From positions 16,817-80,816 of the forward strand of contig NW_027437466.1 of assembly GCF_964204645.1 (NCBI RefSeq): a stretch of DNA of 64,000 bases, given 5' to 3'. Made by a program: the position numbers and the translations under genes. The notes below the pieces were generated by a model. The model saw nothing but the letters and a program-made list of their open reading frames with translations, was not told where the DNA came from and did no database searches. Every line of letters begins with the position of its first letter. Position 1 is the stretch's first letter. Shown in pieces: positions 1 to 9,900 of this stretch. The stretch is from Tubulanus polymorphus. Lineage: Eukaryota > Animalia > Nemertea.

Positions 1-260
1 AAATAGAAATTAAGAATTATATGAACCACAGTTTGGGATGTCGGGAGCGCCTGGTGGTATCACATCGCCGTGGAACTTAATCCCGGTACCGAAGAGTATG
101 CAAAAATTTTGTCCAGTTACTATCTCGGGAAAATAAAGCTTTGAAAAACCTTGACAGTTTCCGGTTCTGTATTTTCAGCTTAGGGGTGAAAAACTTATCT
201 TTAAACTTACTTTTTTTAAACTTTTGATGCCACTTGGATCCTTTGTTGATACCATATAGT

Positions 261-287
261 GCTGCTGCTGCTGCTGCTGTTGCTGCT
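261..287. repeat. (GCT)n microsatellite
   Basis: gctgctgctgctgctgctgttgctgct, 9 units with one interruption; explains the poly-Ala ORF at 234..428. Confidence 0.85.
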
Positions 288-1599
288 CCTATGTTGACGG
301 ATGCTGCCTCTCCTATGTTGAAGGATGCTGCTGCTATACCACTTGCAGATCCTGCTACACACGACGAATACCCTAGCGAAACGATATTAGAAAACTCAAT
401 TCATTCTTTCACTTTTATTCATCATTGAAAGATTCTAATTCATTCTTATATAAAATGAACACTTACTCAACAATTCAGATTAGATAAAGATCCCATGTTT
501 TAATGTTGACTTTTCAAACGATTTTGTTTCCATTGTGCTATCAATCTAAAACAGATAAGCAAATTATTCTAATAAAGAAACCTTCAGACTTAGGAGAAAC
601 TTACAGCAATGAAGACGTTGAATACTCACCGTTATATTCTAAAATTATTCGAAAATATGTTTCTGACTTGTCGAGATATCTATCACTAGGGCGTTTTGGG
701 TATCTACAAACGAAATCTAAAGATTGTAAGATTTCCGAACGAAAATGTCAACTATCAGAATGAAAAAAATTGAACTTGAGAAATTAAACTAGGCCAGAAA
801 TAAAAGATTTGAATACAAAACTCATTCAGTTTTTGAAGAATGGTACTATACACCTAGAACAAAATCTAACCACAAAATCTTTGAAATGAAAGATAGTTCA
901 CGAATCCACTGATTTAAGTACAATTCATGATCGCTTATCTTAATCATAATCTAAAACTTACCAGATATGTTGGGATTTTCTGACTTGGCTTTGGTGGGTA
1001 ATCATATCTCAATACAGGCTCTTCGCTGGTGTACGTGCGCTATACGTGGTGGCTGGTTCTCGAATGAAGCTCTAACCAAGCGTTACCACAATACGATTTG
1101 GGCGGCGGCTATTGTGTGGAAATTCGATCATATCGTGACCCAAAATTGACACAATGAAGTACGTGTACTAAAATATTCTAACTCTATTGCTAAACTGTCT
1201 GCTTCATTCTTTTATGGTACATGTGGGTTTAATATACCAACTTCAGCGGGTTTAGAACGCGGCTACAAGACCGAAACAAGAGGCAGGAATAAATCACATC
1301 ACTCCTGTTTTAACTAACAAATACATGTATTCTAAAATAAAACGATGTAATTAGTTACTATATGCACCGGCACGAAAATTGACGGCCATCGGATCAATGT
1401 CTCCTTAATGGCAAATGTTATCGTACAAAAATTTGATGATTTCAAATCATTTGTTTTGCTAAATAGTGTTCCCAGTTTTATTAGGAGGCTACTACAATTT
1501 ACTGTAATCTGTATTTTGTATTCTCGACTTCGGTCGTGTCTTGTTTATCACTAGTATCTTTATTATTGACGATTCGTTTTATTAATTGGGGATATTTAA

Positions 1600-2530
1600 C
1601 AAGGAGGACTGAGTACGAATAAAAAAAATGTTGAACGGTAGGAAAATACATAAAAACTGAAGTCATCCTCAATCCTCCTTGTGAAACATACCCCAGTAAC
1701 AAACGACTCTGAACGATTACGATTCTTAACTCTTAACGATTCTGAAAATTCTCGAGAAATACAAAACACGACCGAAGCCGAGATTGAAACAGATTAAAAA
1801 AAATGTTGAAAATTCGGAAAATATTCACACAACAAACTGAAGTCATATTCAATCCTCCTTCAAAAACATACCCCATTACAACAAACGACTCGACCATTCT
1901 GAAATTACTCGAGAACACTTTACTTATGAACAAATTTATTCATACCAACCACCAAGCGGAACCCAAGATATCGGGAGTATAATTTGAATAAGCAATACAG
2001 GAAATACATGAAATAAATTGATATCGATATATAGGACATTGAAAGTTTCATCATTGTGGTTGCTATGTTTTTTCCCGGTATTTATGTAGCTATTTGGTAG
2101 AACTGTCTTCAGTCACATAGACTGTGCACATGCACACCTCAGTCGAATGCCGCACACGCCACTTTCCACTCCAATCCTTTCCACGCAATCCTCCCTGTCA
2201 AACATCACCTGGTAACAAACCACTCCACCATTCTAAAAGTACTTGATGAAACAAAACACGACCGAAACCGAGATTAAAACAGACAAAAGAAAATGTTAGA
2301 AATTCGGAAATTTTTCACATAAAAAACTGAAGTCATCCTCAAACCTCCTTGTCAACCATCCCGCAGTAACAAACGAACATTCTGAAAACCCTCGAGAAAA
2401 CAAAAACCACGACCCAAGCCGAGATTAAAAAAGATAAAAGAGAAAATGCTAAATATTCGGAAAAGATTCACATAAAAACTGAAGTCATCCTCAGTCGGGT
2501 TTGTCAAACATCCAAAAAGAACGAAACGAA
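1600..2530. repeat. Degenerate ~150-180 bp repeat, about 4 copies in two tandem pairs
   Basis: Motif aaactgaagtcatcctc (or atattc) recurs at ~1654, ~1834, ~2324, ~2476; the block acaaaacacgaccgaa(g/a)ccgagatt recurs at ~1761, ~2251 and (diverged) ~2400. Confidence 0.75.
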
Positions 2531-2610
2531 TAATAAAATAAGTTTTATAAACGCTACCACAGCCACATAAAAAAACCGACCACACTATTTCACAAAACAG
2601 AGCAAATGAT

Positions 2611-2860
2611 TTAAAGGGGTCATGAAGAGGTTTTTAAGATATGGCTAAAAGTATTTTTTATCATCAATTATATTATTTATTGTTTTAGTGGTCAAGAAAT
2701 TAATTTTTATTATTCAATTAGTGTTAAAAAGAGACTTTTGATCGGCTGCGCTGATTCCTTCCCTACCCGGAAGTGTGACGTCATTCTGAGAACCCAAACC
2801 AAAACAACATGGTGAAGTGTATAGAAACGGTGATACTAACAGCGATTTAAGTGCACAATA
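2611..2860 (+). mobile_element. 5' end of a Kolobok-like DNA transposon, truncated; decayed start of a THAP-like ORF at 2809
   Basis: TTAA followed by AGGGGTCATGAAG (Kolobok: TTAA TSD, RR terminus); promoter-like CCGGAAGTGTGACGTCA then AAAACAACATGGTGAAGTGT (MVKC...; TNSD in a shifted frame). No matching 3' TIR found. Confidence 0.45.
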
Positions 2861-2867
2861 GTGACTC

Positions 2868-2959
2868 AAGTAATAGGGAATAAGTTGGTTCCAGGCCAAA
2901 GGCCGAAGGGTCGAGCTCACTCTCCCCTTCAACCTGAACCAACTTATTCCCTATTTCTT
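2868..2959. other. Long inverted repeat / potential branched hairpin
   Basis: Perfect 20-bp arms aatagggaataagttggttc (2872-2891) and gaaccaacttattccctatt (2936-2955); loop contains GGCC-AAA-GGCC and GAAGGG...CCCTTC sub-hairpins. Confidence 0.9.
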
Positions 2960-3138
2960 CTAATAATTTCATAAAAATTAACATTATTTTTATGAATTTC
3001 ATAGATTTCGGATAAAAAACATTTAAAATAAATGGACAGTTAAAATAATATAAAAACTAACGAGTAATTAACGATTCTTGATTTTAAACATAAAAGTGTG
3101 AGTAAAGTGTGAGTGAAACATTGAATATTTATATTTGA

Positions 3139-3453
3139 ATGAGTTTTAATAAAAACCTCGTTATGAAAATGAAGAAAGAAGCAGAAGAACCCAAATTGAA
3201 AATCGAAATCAATGAAACCGATAAATTATTTTCACAGTTCAACATTAAAAAATATATCTCAGCAACAAATTTAGTGTATGCAAGACACTATAAAATTGAT
3301 AACATTACTATAATTAATCAAATATTATCTAAAGAAACATATTTAATTACGGAACTAGTAGATACTTTTGATAATGGAATCAAAAATCCTAAATATTTAA
3401 TACAGTTTTCAATTATAAAGAAACTTAAGAAATATTCTCAAAACTCCTTTTAA
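3139..3453 (+). CDS. Hypothetical 104-aa Lys/Ile/Asn-rich protein, possibly from an endogenous virus-like element
   Basis: ATG-initiated 104-codon ORF in very AT-rich DNA where stops are frequent; first of a co-oriented intronless ORF cluster; no recognised domain. Confidence 0.35.
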   Translation: MSFNKNLVMKMKKEAEEPKLKIEINETDKLFSQFNIKKYISATNLVYARHYKIDNITIINQILSKETYLITELVDTFDNGIKNPKYLIQFSIIKKLKKYSQNSF

Positions 3454-3503
3454 TGAAAGAGATAGTGATTTAATACTTTCTAAATTCTAAAGATTACAAC
3501 GAT

Positions 3504-3797
3504 TTGATTAACTTAAGAATTGGAAAAAGACAATTATATTATTCAAATTTTGATAATAAACAAATTATCAATAATGAAAATTCATCAAATATTCGAATTC
3601 AATGTGAATCAGTTAATAATAATTCATCAAATATTCGAATTCAATGTCATTTAGATGATGAATTAAAAAAATTCAATCCAAATGAAAAGGTTTATTGTTA
3701 TTGCGGCGGCAAATATTTAAAATCACATAAATCAAAGCATTATCAAACAATTAAACATATCAAATATGAAAAGAATAATAATTATATATTGAAATAA
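3504..3797 (+). CDS. Hypothetical protein (probably a frameshifted remnant) with C-terminal CxC...H...H zinc-finger-like motif
   Basis: EKVYCYCGGKYLKSHKSKHYQTIKHIKY resembles the C-x-C-G...H-x5-H motif of large-DNA-virus/Polinton-like small proteins; internal duplication NSSNIRIQC x2; no ATG start. Confidence 0.45.
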   Translation: MINLRIGKRQLYYSNFDNKQIINNENSSNIRIQCESVNNNSSNIRIQCHLDDELKKFNPNEKVYCYCGGKYLKSHKSKHYQTIKHIKYEKNNNYILK

Positions 3798-3852
3798 GAT
3801 TAAGCTGTATGAGTAATAAGATATTTCAAATTACTATTTTTTTCTTAAATAG

Positions 3853-3990
3853 ATGGAAGATTTCATTCCCACTGGAAAACGTGATTTCAAGCATCATCTT
3901 GTAGCAGGAGGATTAATTTTGGCAGCGCTTTACTTTTATTACGAGTATATCAGTAAGGATTTGATGAATGAAAAAAACAAAATTGAGTAA
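3853..3990 (+). CDS. 45-aa putative single-pass membrane micropeptide
   Basis: MEDFIPTGKRDFKHHLVAGGLILAALYFYYEYISKDLMNEKNKIE*; hydrophobic core LVAGGLILAALYFYY; ATG preceded by TAAATAG; below the ORF-track size cutoff. Confidence 0.35.
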   Translation: MEDFIPTGKRDFKHHLVAGGLILAALYFYYEYISKDLMNEKNKIE

Positions 3991-4111
3991 AAAATTAAAG
4001 AAATTAAATGGGAATCATAAAACTAAAAAGAATAAAACAGTTAATTCAGTAAATGATTTATAGGATTAAGACAGAATCTTTTAATTCATTTTGTATATTT
4101 TAACTATAAAA

Positions 4112-4372
4112 ATGAGTGAAAGTAAGGTATTAGAAATATTACATCTTATATATAAAAATCAAGAACGCATTAAATTGATTATTATGATTTCTGGAATGGT
4201 TTCTTTTTCAGTTTATAGTATAAAACAGCTGTTAGAATTTTATGATAATTGCAAAATTAGATACCCCGAATTAAAAGATAACATAAATTATCTATCAGAT
4301 AGATTGAATAATATTAAGTGTTGTGAAATATGCAATAAAAAGTATAAAAATAAAGAGTTTAAAAAATCATAG
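4112..4372 (+). CDS. 86-aa hypothetical protein with a hydrophobic segment and C-terminal CxxC
   Basis: ATG in TATAAAAATG context; IKLIIMISGMVSFSVYSI hydrophobic stretch; CCEICNKK near the C-terminus. Confidence 0.35.
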   Translation: MSESKVLEILHLIYKNQERIKLIIMISGMVSFSVYSIKQLLEFYDNCKIRYPELKDNINYLSDRLNNIKCCEICNKKYKNKEFKKS

Positions 4373-5329
4373 ATATATTCACGAATTAAATGATAAATTA
4401 TATGAATGAAAATAAGATAAATGATATTTCAATAAATGCCCCCTGTGTCTTTATTGTCTGTAGTAGTCTTAGTTCTTTTAGGACATAAAGAATAAATCTT
4501 TATTCTATTAGTACTTCAAAAAAAAGCAAAGAGTTTGAGAAATCATAAATACATTCATGAATTAAATGATAAATTATATAATTCAAATTAAGTTATTCAT
4601 ATATGATATTTTAATTCTTTACATAAACTAGAATAACACAAGATGATACTAACTTATTCAAGGTAAAGTTTTTCTAGTTGAATTCTAGTCAAATGTAATG
4701 TAATTTAAAGTAAACAAGAATTGAATAGATTCAATGAGAATTATAATAAGTTTCTTTAACTTTAACTAAATAATACTAACTCATTCAATTCTAATGCTTT
4801 TCTTATTGAATCTATTCAAAATGTTATAGCAAATAAAAACACTAGCCAGTCTTAATTTAAAGAATTATATCATATTCTAGGTCTGAATAAAGAATATGAT
4901 ATTCATCTGATAGATTTTAAATAGTACTTATGAAAATAAAATAATACCAATCCAGTGTTAAAATGTAAAATATATTGGTTGGAAATATAAATTATATTAG
5001 CTGAAAATATAAAATATATTAGTTAAAAATATGAATATGATAAATCTGTGAAGACATAGAGGATATTTCAAATAATTAAAGAAAATTATTATAATTCTCA
5101 TATTTTCTAATATATCTTGTTAATATTAAATTTCTTTACATTTGACAAGAATTCAACTAAAAATTTAATAAACAAACTAATATCGCTCTTGTCAGAAATA
5201 AAGAATAATTTTTATTCAATACGTATTTGATACGTATTTAATACATTAAAAAAGTGATGAGAGTATTTTGGATAAAAATATATATCTCTCTTATTTATTT
5301 TATATGAATATGTCTCTCATCTATTTTTT

Positions 5330-5358
5330 ATATGAATATGAATATGAATATGAATATG
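5330..5358. repeat. (ATATGA)n microsatellite
   Basis: About 5 tandem units of atatga. Confidence 0.8.
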
Positions 5359-5429
5359 TGTCCCTTATTTCTTTTTTATATAAAAATAAATATTAATATA
5401 GCTGCAAAGTCTTAGAATCCTGTTCAACG

Positions 5430-5647
5430 GTGGATTTCGACAAAGCATTTGATAAGGCACAACATCAGCCATTACTAAACAGGCTATTAGGAATCAGTGA
5501 TCAATGATAGGTCGCTCAAATAGCTCAGAAGTTATATCTCTGAACGAAAACTTGTAGCCGAAATCAACGGAACGCCCCATCTTGGAATAAGTCAGTCTAA
5601 CTAGTGGAGTCGCGCAAGGTAGTATCCTAAGTCGTCTTCTGTTTAAT
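5430..5647 (+). pseudogene. Decayed non-LTR retrotransposon (CR1/L2/Jockey-group LINE) reverse transcriptase fragment
   Basis: Translating across frameshifts/stops gives VDFDKAFDKAQHQPLLNRL...LRSYISERKLVAEING...TSGVAQGSILSRLLFN, matching LINE RT motifs DFSKAFD / SYLxxR / SGVPQGSILGPLLF. Confidence 0.88.
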
Positions 5648-5714
5648 GTCCTGACAAATCACATACACAGTAATCCAAAATATACCAGACCGAGTAAATT
5701 TCCAAAACGACCTT

Positions 5715-6240
5715 AACACGCTGTTCGACCAAAAAACTTAAAGTTCTGACAAGAAAATCTTGTTCGAATGAAACAATTCTGTTTGATCGAACAATACGCT
5801 TTTTGTTTGAACCAAAACTTTTCTTCATTCAGACAAAAAAATGAGTTCAAATAAAAAGCTATGTTATTGTCGAAGTGAAGAAATTTTTGTCCCGGCAAAA
5901 AATTTGGTTGAGCGAAAACAATTTCTTTCGAACGAATGTTTGAATGAAAACAATTCTGTTTGATTGAACGAAATAATTATTTTTTTTTCAATTTTTACAA
6001 TACACTTGTTCGAACGAAAAACTTAATGTTCTGACAAGAAAATTCTGTTAAAATTAAAACGATTCTGTTCCATCGAACTATTGTTCGAACGAAAAACCTT
6101 TCGTTTGGACAAAAAGAAGTTTGATCAACTTTGTTCTAACAATTTTTTCAAATTGGTTTAATCGAACAGAATATTATTGGGTCGAACGGAATAAATTTTC
6201 TCTCGACGAAAGAATTTTCAAGCAAAAGGTCTTTTGAATG
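5715..6240. repeat. Degenerate AT-rich repeat built from ttgttcgaacgaaa-like motifs, with an internal ~290-bp-spaced direct repeat
   Basis: aaaacttaa(a/t)gttctgacaagaaa...aaac(a/g)attctgtt at ~5734 and ~6018; many gttcgaa/tcgaac motifs. Confidence 0.55.
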
Positions 6241-6274
6241 AAAAAAAAATTTCTTGGGCTCCGCAGTAACTTAA

Positions 6275-6590
6275 AGCCGGACGTAGGTCGGCCTTGTGAC
6301 TCGATGTGATCCTCGCGTTGCATCGCAAGTTTTGGTTCGGTGCTAGTCGGTTGCGATACGATTGTCAGCGACTGTGTGCGACTAGTTTCTGCCAGTCGCA
6401 AGAGCGCGTAGGTCGGTTGTTACAGTCGTGTAGCGTCGCAGAAAGTAGAACACGTGTGAGTGGCGTTGCTGACAGTCGCATCCAGTCGCAAGGGAGTGTA
6501 GGTCGATGAGTCGTTGCGAGACAATCGTCGCTGGTTGTCGCAGTGAAAGGCGTCGCAATGAGCCGTTGCAAGGCCGGCCTACGCCCGGCT
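6275..6590. mobile_element. PIF/Harbinger-type MITE, 316 bp
   Basis: Imperfect ~26-bp TIRs agccggacgtaggtcggccttgtgac / gttgcaaggccggcctacgcccggct; TAA target-site duplication at 6272-6274 and 6591-6593. Confidence 0.85.
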
Positions 6591-6821
6591 TAAGTCATTA
6601 GTAATTAATGAAATACCTGTTTCATTTATGATGAAAAAACTCAAATGAAAAGTCCGGCTTATGAAGCTGTCTGCTCAGGCGAAATTTTCAAAAAAACTTT
6701 CATTTTTGGTAATAAAATTGATAATTGTGATTGATCGTTGCAAGTCAGAACCAGTTAATCACTCATTAACATGCATTTAAAAAAAAACAATATGATTCCT
6801 CCTTTACAGCGAACTTAGCTT

Positions 6822-7036
6822 TAACCTATTAAAGGCTACTAGCCTATGTAGGCCTATGTATATGCGTAGGCCTAACATCCGGACAGATTGGTCGTTGGCC
6901 TATTGAATAACGACCCTCTTAAATATCGTAAATTTTCTTTTGAAGTTCAATCCAATGAGTCCGTTAATAAACGCAACAATTATACTGTGTTTGTTTGAGA
7001 CAGTTAATCTCAGTACCGGTAGGCCTAAAGGGTTAA
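6822..7036. mobile_element. Possible degenerate piggyBac-like MITE
   Basis: Begins TTAA-CCTATT and ends AAAGGG-TTAA; the TIRs match only weakly. Confidence 0.25.
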
Positions 7037-7206
7037 GGTCGCGTAAAACTCGTTAAACACTTCAAGCGACACAGCGAATGATCTCCTTCCCCCACAGCGA
7101 ACGCTTATTCCGAATGTCAAGTGTGAGTCCAGCATACGGATGGAAGTGTGTTATTCTCATTCTCTTACTGAAGTGTGGAACTACATTTTCTTGCTTAATG
7201 AAAGAG

Positions 7207-7422
7207 GGTGACATCGGGGATGGTGACAGTGACATCGGGGATGGTGACAGTGACATAGGGTGACATTGGAGACAGGGACATAGGGTGACAGTGACATAGG
7301 ATGACATTGGGGACAGTGACATAGAGTGACATCGGGGACAGTGACATAGGTTGACATCGGGGGCAGTGACACAGAGTGACATCGGGGATGGTGACATAGG
7401 GTGACATTGGGGACAGTGACAT
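7207..7422. repeat. Minisatellite of GTGACA-based subunits (gtgacatcgggga[t/c]..., gtgacatagg...)
   Basis: About 20 gtgaca/tgaca cores in composite ~21-26-bp units; source of the repetitive ORFs at 7062-7524. Confidence 0.9.
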
Positions 7423-7539
7423 CTCTAGGATACATCTCCGGGGATATTTTTCCAGCTCCGCTTCTCTCCCCCAAAATGGTTGAGTTGCATCCAAGAAAAC
7501 CATGCAGAAATATCTAGAAAACATAGCCAGGCGTATGAG

Positions 7540-7790
7540 TTTTCAAAAGTGAAAATGTGATAATTACAAATCGCTATTAGAACTCAATTATTTATTCCAA
7601 TCGAATATATTTACATTAAAAAAGTTTTCAAAAGTGACAATGTGATAACTATAAATCGCCATTCAAGATCAATTACTTATTCCAATCTAATTTATTTACA
7701 TCGAAAAACTTTTCACGAAAATGTGATAACTGTTAATCCCTATTCAAGATCAATTATTTAATCCAATCGAATTAATTTACATTAAAAAAG
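7540..7790. repeat. Three tandem copies of an ~85-bp AT-rich unit
   Basis: ttttca...aatgtgataa...tcaatta...tccaatc...tttacat starts at 7540, 7625 and 7710. Confidence 0.85.
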
Positions 7791-8182
7791 GGAAAAAGTA
7801 TGCTAAAATGTATATTTACATTCGAGAATATTTAGAAGAAGTACTGTCATATAAAAGTAACAAATAAATGGAAGAAGAGTGATACTGGTAAATAATAATT
7901 GGCATACTAGTCAATTATTTCTTTCAATTGAAAATATCGGAGATATATAGCATCTTTAGAAAAGTATGTGTGCTAAATATTGTCATATTATGCAAATTAT
8001 ACAATAATAAATTTCATATAGCCTTAGTAAGTTTCATATGGTATGAATCAGGTATAATATTATTCACAATGGGGTATAGGATAAATGGGGCGCATAAATG
8101 TAATTACAATAGTTCATGCTGGTAATGTTGTGGTAAATGCGTAATAAATTCAGGTTAACAATCCATTGAGAAATTTTCGCTG

Positions 8183-9098
8183 TTAATGCTGAATGTTGAT
8201 TCCAGACTTGAAAATATCGTCATATTCAGGAAGTTGCGCGGTGGCCGGATGCGATTTCATGAAGAATACTGATCTTCCAAGAATGTCAATTCGGCCGAAT
8301 CCTCGTTCGGTCAACTGCTGTAATTCGCCTAAAATAAAGTGTCAGTAATTAGAAACTGAAAGTAAAAGAGGATTACGAGGCTCACCGATTATGGCAGCGT
8401 CAATGACGGGCCAAAATAACAACACAACGAAGCTATAAAATGTTTGACTAGTACTTACCATAATAATTACCTTTAACTTGTTCTGCTAGACAGCTTTTCA
8501 CAACTCTGTGAATGTTGCGTACATATGTGACAGGTCCTTGTGACGAAAGCAACGCCTTCGATATCTTTTGCGAAAATGATGACACGCGAGGCGCGTGTAT
8601 TGAATCTACAGCATTGTGCTCTTCCACTGGCTGTAAATCAAAATGGAAAAACTATTTTAGTTTACCGGTAGTTATTATAATTTGTGTGGACAATGCACTT
8701 TTTCGACCCCATTGAGCAGTAAATTGTTTCTCAATGGTTAGCACCAATGCATTTTTCTGGATGCATCGTTCAGTTACATAACTAATTGTGAAAAAATGTG
8801 TTTTGGTTTAAGCCCAACGGTCATTGATAATAATACGTGATGAAATTAATTTGATTTGGGGAAATACATACCTCGAGAAATATAGCTTTCTGGTGCTGCA
8901 TTGTTCTGAAAAGCGTTTTCGCAGCTTGCATTTGTTGCATTGGGATAATTTCTGAAATGATTAATGCATTTTCGGATCTCCTTATGGTGTGCATCATCGC
9001 CCCAACGAATATATGCAGTAACGCAGCAAGCCAAAATATGTGCGTCGCATCCGTTGACGATGCCATGTATATATCGCCGTTCTGTTCTTTGTTTTCTT
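8183..9098 (-). pseudogene. Spliced gene remnant (exons 9098-8872, 8630-8471, 8328-8183); provisionally the C-terminal lid + winged-helix region of a DUF3987/YfjI-like helicase
   Basis: Canonical GT-AG introns with compatible phases (0 then 1) give ...ASSTDATHIFWLAALLHIF...AAKTLFRTMQHQKAIFLE|PVEE...KALLSSQGPVTYVRNIHRVVKSCLAEQVKG|ELQQLTERGFGRIDILGRSVFFMKSHP...INIQH*. The splice structure is seen directly; the family call is from remembered motif similarity only. Confidence 0.6.
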
Positions 9099-9273
9099 CT
9101 GAAATATGAAAATAAACGTTAAAATGAACGCATAGTCTTACGATTAAAGACCATTGGTGAAACCATGGATTCAGCAACTTGCCAATATTTTCGTGGTATC
9201 TGCGTTGAAGGTAATCGATGTTTTCTTTCCTAAATTTCGTTAAACAAATTCTCACTTTTAACGCAGTCTCAAA

Positions 9274-9900
9274 TGTTTTGTGACTTTCTCAAAATGTATC
9301 AAAAATTTAACTAATTTTTAGTTCATAAGTCCTCAAATATTCATAAATGAACAGTTAAAAATTGTTGAAACATGTCGACTCTGCTGTAAAATCAACCTAT
9401 TAACAGTCCGGAATTTGGGATAATATTGGGCTTTAGAGGACATAATGCCCCCGAGGTCTTCACATTTACAGAAAAGATTACGTAAGTGATTCACGCGCAG
9501 CTCGCGATAGGCGCACAATAGAAATCTGAGCCGCGCTTTCTTTGAGCGTCACCAATTAAGAGGACTGCTATTGTGAAAATTGACTGCGGGAGGAATATTC
9601 CTCCCAATGTCAATCGATGGAAACTTGACCATGGGGTCCGATATTCAAAGAATTGACTTTGGGAGGAATATTCCTCCCAAGGTCAAACGAAGAGAATTTG
9701 ACCTTCAGGTCTGATATTCAAAGTATCGACTTCGGGAGGAATGTTCCTCCGAATGTCAAACGAAGGAAACTGGACCTGGTCTGTTATTCGAAATATAGAC
9801 TTTGGGATGAATGTTCTTCCAAACGACTAAACGCTAAAACCTGAGCTTTTAGAATGATAGGTGTATCTATTAATTATATTGGTGTAATAATTGTTTTAAT
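9274..9900 (+). repeat. Left copy of a ~630-700 bp inverted repeat (partner ~15577-16282)
   Basis: 9274 tgttttgtgactttctcaaaatgtatc... is the reverse complement of ...gatacattttgagaaagtcacaaaaca 16282; both copies yield the spurious peptide LRVNHLRNLFCKCEDLGGIM on opposite strands. Confidence 0.95.
9580..9825. repeat. Tandem ~73-bp units x4, each centred on the palindrome GGGAGGAATATTCCTCCC
   Basis: Palindromes at 9588-9605 and 9661-9678 (perfect), 9734-9751 and 9804-9821 (decayed); spacing 73, 73, 70. Confidence 0.92.

Noticed and set aside
6174-6571. Overlapping ORFs over the first MITE (likewise 10565-10997 over the second)
   Set aside because: Stop-poor GC-rich MITE interiors; no transposase motifs
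7062-7524. Cys/His/Pro-rich ORFs suggesting a metal-binding protein
   Set aside because: They are translations of the GTGACA minisatellite, open in several frames
8821-9255. 144-aa ORF as a stand-alone gene
   Set aside because: Only 9098-8872 appears to be exon; both ends run into intron-like sequence with clear splice signals
9580-9825. CRISPR-like look of regularly spaced palindromic repeats
   Set aside because: The spacers are homologous to one another, there are no cas genes, and the context is eukaryotic; it is a tandem repeat
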